Assembly (NCBI GenBank): GCA_028279595.1
Contig: JANQNK010000003.1
Coordinates: 224,001 to 288,000 of the forward strand
Reading direction: 5' to 3'
DNA from: Thermoplasmatota archaeon
GTDB taxonomy: Archaea; Thermoplasmatota; JAKEGO01
Length of the DNA stretch: 64,000 bases
Shown: positions 39,101-47,498 of the stretch, in pieces
How the letters are laid out: the number at the start of each line of letters is the position of its first letter
Numbering within the stretch: position 1 is the first letter of the stretch
The notes under the pieces: model-generated
Told to the model about the DNA's origin: nothing
The model's database searches: none
The model's input: the letters and a program-made list of their open reading frames with translations, nothing else
Position numbers and translations under genes: made by a program

Positions 39101-40378
39101 TCGCTCTCCGTCAAGAACAACATTACTGTCATGGACCTCTCCATGCTCTGGATAAAAGCGGACAACATGACATTGTACACCGGTGAGGACGGCCTATGGA
39201 ATGACGGCTCCTTCCTCTTCGAAGGCCCGAAAGGGAAGAACTCGATCGTGTTCTACGCCGGGACCAATGTGACGACCGATGGCTACTTCGTCATCACGGG
39301 GAACCCGACCTACAGGACGATAGTCAGATCGTCATCTGCGGGCACCCAGTGGAATTTCAACGATTCGACCCCCGAGCAGTCCTTGCCATCGTTCGATCGC
39401 ATCCGGGTCCGGGATTCGGATGCCACCTCCGGAGACACCATCTACGCTGACGGGACGAGCGTCGATGCTGGCAACAATGACAACTGGGCCTTCGGGAAGC
39501 CGCTGACCCTGGACCTGTCGGGACTCGAGGGTCAATACGCGAACCTGACTGTCGAGCAACAGGGCCTTACGACCTACGTCTACCTTACGGACGGTATCAC
39601 CGAGTCCTGGGCCGACAGCGGCACGACAGCGACTCTCGTGGAAGAGTACTCCGTTTCATCGACAGAGAGGTATTACACCGAGGACACCACATCATGGTCG
39701 ATGTCCGGGAACGTCTCTGCGAGCGTGACCTTCTATAGACAGTGGAAGCCGACGATCACTCTTGACGGAACCGACGCGAGCCACACAGTGACGGCGTATT
39801 ACACGGTCCTGGGTGGCAATTCGAGCCAATCGGGCCAGCACACCTCCTGGTCCAGGTGGGTGGACAACGGTTCAGCACTGAGCTTCGACGAGTTCGCGAC
39901 CGGTGATCCCGAAAGGCACACGGGCGAGGATTTCGACATCCCGCCATGGGATCCGTTGACATCCGCTCTGGTCTACACTCTCGACTACGCCGAGAACGAG
40001 GTCCCGGAGCTCCACAACGGGAACATGGACCCCGCTAGCGGGAACCTCTCGACGCTGTTCAACTTCACCGTCGAGTACTGGGACTCGAACGATGACGCGC
40101 CATTGTTCGTCTACGTCAACATCGACGGCACCAACTACACGATGAACAAGACCGACCGGAGCGACCACGACTACACCGACGGTTGCGAGTACCACTACGA
40201 GACCTACCTCTCCGGTGGCGACCACGACTACTACTTCATTGCGAACGACACGTATTCGACGAACCAGACGGCGATGGAGAGCACTGGAACGGTCATTCCC
40301 GAATTCGGTCCGACCGTGGTCATCGTATCGATGATGGCCGTCGGCGTCGCCGTGATCTGGAGGCGTAGACGCCGGTAG
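33182..40378 (+). CDS. Giant secreted beta-solenoid surface glycoprotein with PEF(G)-CTERM tail (paralog B, 2398 aa)
   Basis: Signal peptide, same WTGSTNTAWA.GNNWNPTGVP cap as paralog A, same modules, VIPEFG-TM-WRRRRR. Confidence 0.88.
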   Translation: MRMLRAILCLMLVLAVVVVLAPMSAEAETKVWTGSTNTAWAQGNNWNPTGVPGSTDVVYIPDVSNDPVVQADATVKMVQINDSAVLTIDGATFNVTNRIIIKSDVADGSLELSNDLNGVNVESIYNYGSILVNSGRTPMVNLSHLYSYSGSTIKSGFSTFTFVGAGNNTAYMDVIDPLYNVIIDAPTATLMMNGTYGLDADGQFRIIDGKLDPTGKEMVVSYLYCYDEIEMETGDWLHVTGDANFYNGSYLHGDNGTLTIDDDLYIGRGSTIELEGSHHFNITEFHWGSNLNLHEDSAQFNDVTIDKGYGHVALNTNMTINGTLTVSRGVFKVIDVDSLSVRYLVVHSNGHVQQSRDSNVTVTEDVSLYSGSRYELGNGTNDWHGGSLAIGRDIDISGRLWLFGRGGEIVLTRHMRIYGSGNLTFYGGNLTTVGPSSGAYTYGGSDTYIHSSNTTITFDTYTHYAGCRWWVNRSASPTIVFKSYIYNAGTVTAYTPGLSTIVAYGNYVASNLDSDIPVRNLVINKTSGHFKPSYGPGTLNISGSLLLIDGELDIRGEEGYNIVVNGSDGIMHEGQMYRGFANIGGELLMETWNDSLEVSGGVYWGPDSEATVDTGWIHCRGNWTFAAGSSINLTGNNTVRFFGGMMGYSYQLWMNSSASSFCNVLHGMGMTSSFVNGTVPMVIDNNLTFTSLNAMFVEDGAELIVWGDANVTSILYVNEGGDVYIHGNLTVAGGPGRLDFGLNSTSDYGGSLHVNGWMSVWNPVNFYMDGGNLTVDGNATIHRTGYIMFKTHGGNMSAGNISINDGGALRIYTTNTTIDTAQLRSYGELNISNSVRPVLRISGRFNWLNGDFRLGRSEVRAVGTSDQRFEDSHPYWGLVIDKPSGNLTFEAPFPIVAQSYIGVAQGTLAVGGYTIQCEGEGSFGTDGYVIGVNRYPGFIMDGGVLDMNHTSGVLEVDRFLRWFDGTANGSSGTIITDASWTVYAGVDADIQCPVVMTSNDVYARTFTMHSSDFTFNDLIINTSTRMTQTSYSSHPIHVTGDLWINNTDNYDEFNITKGLVVDGDINIRIGSLVLSNGAEVTVGGDVEQLPARWNGWLRIYNGSMDIGGYYHCDGWGVDVSYHGGSMDITGPLWIDSQLPPAGPGFYVGQKPGYSFDLTAEFIRINATGYMNLSSDNTRIVSQADLINHGSLRSWGDAMPDIVTYDDIEGSGTFNLGHSSIWYEGDNAFQDVRDLPYWNLVINKTSGVARSQSDISVESCLFIMNGTYDMNGYKLWVNSSGNSFIWNGTHYSGFVNYGGILFYQTSDEELHVNGPVSWGPGVNQTFDMGTIYVNGSWEFMAGSQVNLTGTHLVYFWGRNWFGPYISWAPIYSNSTTSWFNDITIDRDFGFGQYTSEKSTETVVVKGDMDHDGGLFEIYASTMYVVGNVDNRGQSFYVEGTTVFGNASLTVDGDFYSQSGSSLNVFGSASYAWSRMTCSYLYVNGSLNLKSYSSVHAGENIWISGSIDYDQAGFQWAEVISDGNIYVSSPGNVDMSGIGRSHLNTTSGFIVVYNGATLDLRGNAQVTAWTHFHPYGTVICTGWWPEINVGNAWYSDTSGDFRPGWSQVTFFKAGTSYIKDTEDFADIILNKTSGLLYLYDGDLNCTDLDIESGTFDLNGYNLTVTDDLTVWGSLEMDHDGWINVTHEVNWMNGSTEDITNGTIQCDGLWYIEDGADMTFEYPVHVYLNASTDVIVDDPDSYFDNLTFRLMGGGLTAYINGTEALNATSVLKIDDKVTVRLIGGSIEATQLLLYYASELNVSSPDSTLHVWDYLYMDSFTELMLDNGSYAMVQDFFPAQDIYVMNGSNLTVVDDLIGGRILSRDGDVYIDDGASTSLNTKGRFHNLTFGGGASVYARMWIGGDLRILGGTVYPQDNDVGILGDYYCSKTAAFRPANGSRLVFNGTGRQFMETGGTDSNHELWDLIINHTTLIVQNGSLSVKNNITVMDLSMLWIKADNMTLYTGEDGLWNDGSFLFEGPKGKNSIVFYAGTNVTTDGYFVITGNPTYRTIVRSSSAGTQWNFNDSTPEQSLPSFDRIRVRDSDATSGDTIYADGTSVDAGNNDNWAFGKPLTLDLSGLEGQYANLTVEQQGLTTYVYLTDGITESWADSGTTATLVEEYSVSSTERYYTEDTTSWSMSGNVSASVTFYRQWKPTITLDGTDASHTVTAYYTVLGGNSSQSGQHTSWSRWVDNGSALSFDEFATGDPERHTGEDFDIPPWDPLTSALVYTLDYAENEVPELHNGNMDPASGNLSTLFNFTVEYWDSNDDAPLFVYVNIDGTNYTMNKTDRSDHDYTDGCEYHYETYLSGGDHDYYFIANDTYSTNQTAMESTGTVIPEFGPTVVIVSMMAVGVAVIWRRRRR

Positions 40379-40545
40379 ACCAGTACCGATACGGTCAAAA
40401 TGACCCAGGACCCCGATCCGGAGGAATTACACCTGTCCAGTCATGTCAAGTACTTGCAGTAAGCATAAATACAGCCAGGTCGATATCTCAAGACGACTGG
40501 ACCCGGGGCGACTGAACGTGGGTCCTGTCATGAATGGGTGATCAG

Positions 40546-43500
40546 ATGCGTGGATGGAGACATTTTGGATTCGTATTGATAGTGATAGCGGCCCTCACAG
40601 TATTGGCCCTGCCAGCGGTCGAGGGCGAGATCAAGGATTGGACCGGCACGACGAACTCGAACTGGGGGACCGCCTCCAACTGGGACCCCTCCGGGGTTCC
40701 GACGTCGTCGGACAACATCTACATCGACGACCAGACGAACGATCCGGTCATTCAGACTGATGCTGTGGCATATGGCATCTACATAAATGGGTCCGGGATC
40801 CTGGACATCGACGGTGCGACCCTGAACGGCAGTTACATACAGGTAGAGGACGGGGGCACGCTCGACCTGACCAACGACGCGACGATCGTCAACCTTCGTC
40901 AGAGCCTTCACCTCTACGGGAAGCTCGATTGCGGAGCTTCCAACACACCCGAGATCAACCTCAGGCGCATCTACATGACCTCCACGTCATCGACCAGTCC
41001 AGGCTGGTCGACGGTTACCTTTGTCGGAGGAAACCCTGGAAGTGTCTTCAACAACGGATACGAGGAGCTGTGGGACGTTGTGATCGACGAGGACACCGCG
41101 GTCAATGTCACCAGTGGAGACCTCATCATATTGAACGACTTCACTATAACCAATGGCTCCTTCGACCCTAACGGTCATCTCGTGGAGGTCGGGGATAACC
41201 TCCGATGCTTCGACAGGATAGTCATGAACGATCTCGACGACAACATATCGATCGATGGCAGGTCATACTTCTATTCTGGATCGAACCTCTCCGGCGACGA
41301 TGGTGTACTCCATCTGAAGGATTGGACTACGTTCGAGATCGGCTCGAAGGCGAACTTCACAGGGAAACATATGCTACTGTCCACAGGAGCGGGGGATATA
41401 TACTACGACATCTGGAGCCCCGATGTCAGGTTCAACAATGTCACGACCAACAAATCGAGCTCCTTCGTGGCCGTTAGAGGGTACCTGTGGGTCCACGAGA
41501 CGATCACGGTCGAGTATGGGTATTTCTATGTTCTCTACGGAGGCAATCCTTACAATGTTACGACGACCAATCTGACGATCCAGGACAATGGGATCTTCTA
41601 TCTCTACCAGTGGGCCACTGTGAACGTGACGAACGACATCGACATTCTCGACGGAGGAGAGATCATCCTCGGTCGGAGCACAACATGGGGCGGGACGTTG
41701 AACGCGAACAATGACATCTTTAGCTTCGGGGATATCACCTTCCAGACCGGTGGCGGCAATCTCAACGTGGGTGATGACCTGTTCATCTACTCAACAGCGA
41801 ACGTCACCATGCACGCGGGAAATATCACGGGAACGACGGACACCATCCTTTATCTCTATGGCGATCTCTACATCAATACCAACGATACCACGGTCTACTT
41901 CCACAATTGGTACATCTACGGTTCCAGCCAGATGTGGGTGGCAAACCAGGCGACCCCGGAGCTCCAGTGGTCCGGCATGATCTACGAGCAGGGATCGCCG
42001 AACGTGTGGCATCCCGGTCACAGCACGTTCATGGCGGTCGGTGTCAACTTCCCTGCTATCGACGCGAGGTTCTCATATTACGGTGTCGGCGTCAATCTGA
42101 CGTCCGGCTTCATGGCACCGGGATACGACGATATCCTGTACATCGATAGCCATCTGGTCATCATCAACGGTGCGTTCCGGATGAATGATAGGACAGTTCG
42201 TATCAACGGGTCCGGGTCCTACATGTACGATGGCATGGAATACACGGGATTCGCGAACATCGGCGGCGAGCTGACCATGGAGAGCGACGACGAGTACCTG
42301 ATGTCATATGGTCACGGCGGCGTCTACTGGGGCCCTGACAGCACCTCGGACGTCGATGCCGGTTCCATCAACTGCTCCGGCGATTGGGTGTTCGCAGCGG
42401 GTTCGGACGCAAACCTCAGGGGTACGAACATGGTAAGACAGCAGGACCTCGGGGTCGAGTCCACCTATTGGATCAACTCCTCGGACAGCAGCTTCCAGAA
42501 CGTCACCATCAATTCGATATTCGCCGCCTCGCATCTGAACGGGACGGAGACCATGGTGGTCAAGGGCGATCTCACGATAAACGGACTTACCGCCTTCGTG
42601 GTCGACGGCAACGATCTCGAGGTCCAGGGTGACCTCAACGGGACCGGCGGGAATCTGTGGGTCCTCGGAACTGACAATTCGGTCGAGGTCCAGGGGGATG
42701 CGTACATGATGGGTAGTTCCCTGAACCTGGGTCAGGCCTCCTCCTCGAGCGAGGGTGGGACCGTCGAGATCGATGGATATCTCTCGATCGACGAGGGTCT
42801 CAACTTCGAGGAGGGAGAGGGCGAGGTCACAGTAGGCGAGACACTGTTCGTATCATCGACCGGGGTCGTCTCCTTCGATGGTACGAAAGGGACGCTCACA
42901 GCAGGGAGCATGATCTTGAACAGTTCGAGCGACGTCAACCTCACCGGTTCAGGTGAATACGTGATCAACGTCCTGGGCGACCTGAGGATAAACGGAGTCC
43001 TCAACATGACCAACGATAACGCAATCCTGAGGGTCGGCGGTGACCTGATCCTCCCCGATGGCCATCTGGACTGCGGCCCCAAGTACGAGCCCGAGATATT
43101 CATTGGCGGCGACTTCGACTGGCTGTTCGGAGGTCTTAACTTCACCGCGGGTCACAGCACCGTGTTCATCGATGGATCCGGCGACCAGAAGATTGACAAC
43201 GACTTCCGCTTCTACGGTCTGGTCGTGAACAAGACCGGCGGTGAGATGTACTTCGAATGGAGCCATCCCGGCGATCGGGACATCCCGAAGTTCGAGTCCT
43301 TCTTCTTCATCGAGGCGGGCACCTTCAACATGAGGAACACGAGCATCAGGGTCTGCGGCAACGGGTCCGGTTACCAGGGAGTCGCACTCTACACCGGGTT
43401 CGTGAACCTGGGCGGCCACTTCGTAATGCAGAATGGATCGTCCACCCTAGAGGCTTTCGAGGACATCCTCTGGGGTTCCACTGCGACCGGGAACGTGACC

Positions 43501-45648
43501 AACGGGACAATCGTCGCCCATGACAACTGGATCGTCCAGGGCAACGGATACATGGAGCTCGGCGGCGACAATCTGGTCTTCCACAAGGGTGGCGATACTT
43601 CCCTGTTCAATTTCGTCGGCGAAGCCATCTTCAACAACTTCACGATGCGGAAGTGGTCGGACAACTACGAGACCTTGATCGTCGGTGAGGGCGGGATGAA
43701 CGTCACGAATCTACTGAACATCTATGGCGATTCCAACATGGAGGTCAGATCGAAGCTGGAAGCTACCTACATCGACCTGTATGGTAACTCCCTCCTCAAC
43801 ATGTCTTTCAACGTCAGCGAGCTGCGCGTCTGGGAGACGATCGAAACGAGCTCGGGTGCGGAGGTCCGCGTGGGAGACAACGCATATGCGATGACCCGGA
43901 ACATCACTGGAAGCGGGGACATATACCTTGGAACGAACACGAACCTGACGCTACGTCAGAACATGTGGATGAATCCGACCACAACACTGTATCCCGGAAT
44001 GTCCACTGTCTATTTCGGAGGCAAGAACACCACACAGGTACGACTATACAACGGTGGCTTCTACAATGTGATCGTCGCCAAATACCGGATCGGGAACAGG
44101 GCCGTCCTCATGTATACTGCTTCGGATTACTACATCGACGGGAACCTGACCCTGAGGAACGGTACCTTCTACTCAAATGGACGGATCTTCCACCTTAAGG
44201 GCAACTTTGATAACAACGGATGGTGCAGGTTCGATCCATCCCCGAGCGGATACTTCGTCTTCGACGGTGGTGGTACTCAGTACATCCAGACGGGCGGGGA
44301 CTTCGGTAATGTCGGATTCGAGGACCTGAGGGTGGAGTCGTCGACCCAGGTTATCGTCCAGAACTACTCGATGAGGATCGATGGAATACTCCTGATAGAG
44401 GGCGGTTCGGCGTACCAGTTCAAGTCAGAGGATGGTACGCTCACTCTAGGAGACCGCGGAATGTTCAATGATGGAACGTTCCATGTATGGCCCTCCTCCG
44501 GTAAGGGAAAGTTCGTCGTGACGGCCGGAACGACCGTGACGAACAATGCGACGATGTACCTCGTGGGAAACACCGAACAAGCGCCACTTCGCATCAGGTC
44601 CTCCTCGGACGGGACTCAATGGAACCTCGAGGACAACACCGCATCAGATCAACAACCTCACGTTCAGCGTGCCCTTGTCAAGGATTCCGACGCCAGCGGC
44701 GGGAACACAATCTATACATGGATGTACTGCGTGGACCAGGGCAATAACGAAAACTGGGTGTTCTCCCATCCGTTGACGATATACATCACCGGGCTCGAGG
44801 GACACGACGTCAATCTCACCTGGACCCAGAGGAACTCCACCGGTTCGGCACCGATTTCCTTTTCGGTCCTCGTGTTCTCGGACAACGACACCACCGCATC
44901 TATCGAGGACCTCTATACTGTATCATCCACCGAACGGTACTACACCGAGGATACGACGTCATGGGACGTGACTGATAACACGACCGTCTATGTCAACTTC
45001 TACAGACAGTGGAAACCGACGATCACCCTTGATGGCACCGATGCATCTCACACCGTATCCGCATACTACACGGCTCTCGGTGGGAACACCAGCCAGAGCG
45101 GACAGCACACGTCCTGGTCGAGGTGGTGCGACAACGGTTCCAGACTATCGTTCAGCAAGGACGCCACCGGATCTCCGCCGAGCCACACCAGCGAGGACTT
45201 CACAAGGGACCCATGGGACCCGCTAACGTCGGCACTCGTGAAGACCGTCTACTACGAAGGGAACGTCAAACCGGAGCTGAAGAACGGCACCATGGACCCG
45301 TCCGGCGGCAACCTGACGACGGTATTCAACTTCACCGTGGAGTATTGGGATGACAACAACGATATCCCGCTGTTCGTCTACGTGAACATAGACGGCACGA
45401 ACTACTCGATGGAGAAGGTCCAGAAGGGCGACCACGATTACACCGACGGTTGCGAATACTACTACGAGACCAAGCTGTCCGGCGGCGACCACGACTACTA
45501 CTTCATCTGCAACGACTCTTACGAGACGACCCAGACCTCGTCCGAATCCACGGGCACGATAGTTCCGGAGTTCGGGATGCTGACGGTATTGATCTCGGTC
45601 ATGATGGTCGGCGTCGCTGTCATGTGGAGGCGCCGTAGAAGACATTGA
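40546..45648 (+). CDS. Giant secreted beta-solenoid surface glycoprotein with PEF(G)-CTERM tail (paralog C, about 1700 aa)
   Basis: GGGTGA SD then ATG 40546, signal peptide, WTGTTNSNWGTASNWDPSGVP cap, fewer modules, IVPEFG-TM-WRRRRRH. Confidence 0.88.
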   Translation: MRGWRHFGFVLIVIAALTVLALPAVEGEIKDWTGTTNSNWGTASNWDPSGVPTSSDNIYIDDQTNDPVIQTDAVAYGIYINGSGILDIDGATLNGSYIQVEDGGTLDLTNDATIVNLRQSLHLYGKLDCGASNTPEINLRRIYMTSTSSTSPGWSTVTFVGGNPGSVFNNGYEELWDVVIDEDTAVNVTSGDLIILNDFTITNGSFDPNGHLVEVGDNLRCFDRIVMNDLDDNISIDGRSYFYSGSNLSGDDGVLHLKDWTTFEIGSKANFTGKHMLLSTGAGDIYYDIWSPDVRFNNVTTNKSSSFVAVRGYLWVHETITVEYGYFYVLYGGNPYNVTTTNLTIQDNGIFYLYQWATVNVTNDIDILDGGEIILGRSTTWGGTLNANNDIFSFGDITFQTGGGNLNVGDDLFIYSTANVTMHAGNITGTTDTILYLYGDLYINTNDTTVYFHNWYIYGSSQMWVANQATPELQWSGMIYEQGSPNVWHPGHSTFMAVGVNFPAIDARFSYYGVGVNLTSGFMAPGYDDILYIDSHLVIINGAFRMNDRTVRINGSGSYMYDGMEYTGFANIGGELTMESDDEYLMSYGHGGVYWGPDSTSDVDAGSINCSGDWVFAAGSDANLRGTNMVRQQDLGVESTYWINSSDSSFQNVTINSIFAASHLNGTETMVVKGDLTINGLTAFVVDGNDLEVQGDLNGTGGNLWVLGTDNSVEVQGDAYMMGSSLNLGQASSSSEGGTVEIDGYLSIDEGLNFEEGEGEVTVGETLFVSSTGVVSFDGTKGTLTAGSMILNSSSDVNLTGSGEYVINVLGDLRINGVLNMTNDNAILRVGGDLILPDGHLDCGPKYEPEIFIGGDFDWLFGGLNFTAGHSTVFIDGSGDQKIDNDFRFYGLVVNKTGGEMYFEWSHPGDRDIPKFESFFFIEAGTFNMRNTSIRVCGNGSGYQGVALYTGFVNLGGHFVMQNGSSTLEAFEDILWGSTATGNVTNGTIVAHDNWIVQGNGYMELGGDNLVFHKGGDTSLFNFVGEAIFNNFTMRKWSDNYETLIVGEGGMNVTNLLNIYGDSNMEVRSKLEATYIDLYGNSLLNMSFNVSELRVWETIETSSGAEVRVGDNAYAMTRNITGSGDIYLGTNTNLTLRQNMWMNPTTTLYPGMSTVYFGGKNTTQVRLYNGGFYNVIVAKYRIGNRAVLMYTASDYYIDGNLTLRNGTFYSNGRIFHLKGNFDNNGWCRFDPSPSGYFVFDGGGTQYIQTGGDFGNVGFEDLRVESSTQVIVQNYSMRIDGILLIEGGSAYQFKSEDGTLTLGDRGMFNDGTFHVWPSSGKGKFVVTAGTTVTNNATMYLVGNTEQAPLRIRSSSDGTQWNLEDNTASDQQPHVQRALVKDSDASGGNTIYTWMYCVDQGNNENWVFSHPLTIYITGLEGHDVNLTWTQRNSTGSAPISFSVLVFSDNDTTASIEDLYTVSSTERYYTEDTTSWDVTDNTTVYVNFYRQWKPTITLDGTDASHTVSAYYTALGGNTSQSGQHTSWSRWCDNGSRLSFSKDATGSPPSHTSEDFTRDPWDPLTSALVKTVYYEGNVKPELKNGTMDPSGGNLTTVFNFTVEYWDDNNDIPLFVYVNIDGTNYSMEKVQKGDHDYTDGCEYYYETKLSGGDHDYYFICNDSYETTQTSSESTGTIVPEFGMLTVLISVMMVGVAVMWRRRRRH

Positions 45649-45745
45649 TTTCCGACCGATCAGCGTCCGTGATCATACGTACGAGCTGCACATTTCAGTG
45701 GACACCATTATTAACGCTAATCACACTCACCGTATTGGTGTTAGA

Positions 45746-47323
45746 ATGAAGGCGGTGGTTCTTGGTAGTCTTGTTGTCCTTGCTGTTGTGTCCATAATGA
45801 TCATACCCACCGTTTCGGGAGACCAGGGTGACATCCTGTGGGATGAGACCTTCGGCGGTACCGATGAGGACCGGGGCAGGTACGCCACGGAAACATCAGA
45901 CGGCGGTTTCATCATGACCGGCGAGTCGAAATCATACGGTTCCGGGAACAGGGACCTTTGGCTCCTCAAGACGGACGAGAACGGGTCCGAGGAGTGGAAC
46001 GAGACCTTCGGCGGTTCAGGTGAGGACCTCGGCTTCGTTGTGCAAGAGACCTCGGATGGAGAGTTCGTGGTCTGTGGCTTCACGAGCCCTGGCACCAATA
46101 GGAACCAGCGGGATCTCTGGATAGTCAAGACGTTCGCTAACGGGACATTGAACTGGAGCCGGACCTACGGAGGGACCTCGCAGGAAGAGGGCCGTTTCCT
46201 CATAGAGACCGATGACGGTGGGCTGATTTTCACCGGATTCACCGGTTCATACGGTTCGGGAGGCTTGGACATCTGGGTGATCAAGACCTACGCCAACGGA
46301 ACGGAGCAATGGAACGAGACCTACGGCTGGCAGTACCGCGACGAGGGCCACTCCATCCGTCCTACGAGTGACGGTGGATACATATTGGGTGGCAGGGGTG
46401 CACCCCCAAGCGGCGGGGGCGGCCAGGACCTCGTACTAATGAAGATCGACGACGAGGGAACCCTCGATTGGACCGAAACATGGGGGGGCTCCGGAATGGA
46501 CGAGGCCTGGGACGCTCAGGAGATCGAAGGAGGGGACATCCTCGTTTCCGGCAGGACGTTCTCGTACGGTCAGGGAAATGGAGACCTGTATCTGATCAAG
46601 ACCGACGGCAACGGATCCGAGGAGTTCGAGAAGACCTACGGCGGCTCGAAGGAGGACCTCGGCAAGCTCTTCACCGAAACCCCGGATGGAAATTACGCCA
46701 TTATCGGCAGAACCCGTTCGTACGTTTCAGGAGGATCCAGCGACATAGACATCTGGCTCCTCGTCGTTGACAGCGATGGGGTCGAGATCGTGAACGAGAC
46801 CTATGCCGGGAACGGATGGGACGAGGCCAGGAGCATTCTCATGACCTCAGACGGCAACTACATCATTGCTGGTTCCTACGGCGATACAGACAGGGACGAG
46901 ACCCATTTCTGGCTCCTGAAGCTCGAGGGGCCTCCCCCGAACGTCGCTCCAGAACTCGTGAACGGGGACCACGATCCCAAGAACGGGAACACCTACACAT
47001 GGTACAACTTCACGGTCACATACAGGGACGCCAACAACGACACGCCTGCATTCGTCTACGCCAACATCGACGGGACGAACCATTCCATGGACAAGGTGAA
47101 CTCGACCGACGACGATTTCGTTGGCGGTGTGGACTATCATTACAGGACCCGGCTGACCGCCGGCGACCACGACTACTATTTCGTGACGGACGACGGTGTC
47201 CATACCAACTCCACCACTGTAAGGACCACAGGGACGGTGATCCCTGAGTTCGGGTCCCTTGCAGTAATGATCTCCGTGACCATGTTCGCCATGGTCCTCA
47301 TCTGGGCCAGACGGAGACGGTAA
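45746..47323 (+). CDS. Secreted beta-propeller protein with the same stalk and PEF(G)-CTERM tail
   Basis: Signal peptide from ATG 45746, about 7 repeats of W..T(F/Y)GG...D.G....ET.DGG....G...S.G.G..D.WL.KTD..G, then the shared stalk and VIPEFG-TM-WARRRR. Confidence 0.85.
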   Translation: MKAVVLGSLVVLAVVSIMIIPTVSGDQGDILWDETFGGTDEDRGRYATETSDGGFIMTGESKSYGSGNRDLWLLKTDENGSEEWNETFGGSGEDLGFVVQETSDGEFVVCGFTSPGTNRNQRDLWIVKTFANGTLNWSRTYGGTSQEEGRFLIETDDGGLIFTGFTGSYGSGGLDIWVIKTYANGTEQWNETYGWQYRDEGHSIRPTSDGGYILGGRGAPPSGGGGQDLVLMKIDDEGTLDWTETWGGSGMDEAWDAQEIEGGDILVSGRTFSYGQGNGDLYLIKTDGNGSEEFEKTYGGSKEDLGKLFTETPDGNYAIIGRTRSYVSGGSSDIDIWLLVVDSDGVEIVNETYAGNGWDEARSILMTSDGNYIIAGSYGDTDRDETHFWLLKLEGPPPNVAPELVNGDHDPKNGNTYTWYNFTVTYRDANNDTPAFVYANIDGTNHSMDKVNSTDDDFVGGVDYHYRTRLTAGDHDYYFVTDDGVHTNSTTVRTTGTVIPEFGSLAVMISVTMFAMVLIWARRRR

Positions 47324-47434
47324 GGGGAAGGGATCCCAGCATCGCCCGGTCCGATGCCTTCCCGCCCTGCGGGACCGATGCCGTCGGGTGATGGCGGACA
47401 GCCGCGAATTCCCTTGTGATCCATTCGGCTCCCC
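47324..47434. other. GC-rich nested stem-loop immediately after the last PEFG gene (possible terminator or stability element)
   Basis: CATCGCCCGG/TCGGGTGATG (47340-47393) encloses TCCCGC/GCGGGA; outer pairings AAGGGA/TCCCTT and GGGGA/TCCCC. Confidence 0.35.
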
Positions 47435-47498
47435 GTCGATGCATTTATATAATTCCGCAAGGATTCGAACATTGCTTTTGCGAAGAGGTTGACCTCGA

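Noticed and set aside
32511-47323. Similar 3' ends of the PEFG genes as a diversity-generating retroelement TR/VR pair
   Set aside because: Differences are mostly at third codon positions and not adenine-specific, all copies are coding, and no reverse transcriptase is present in the window.
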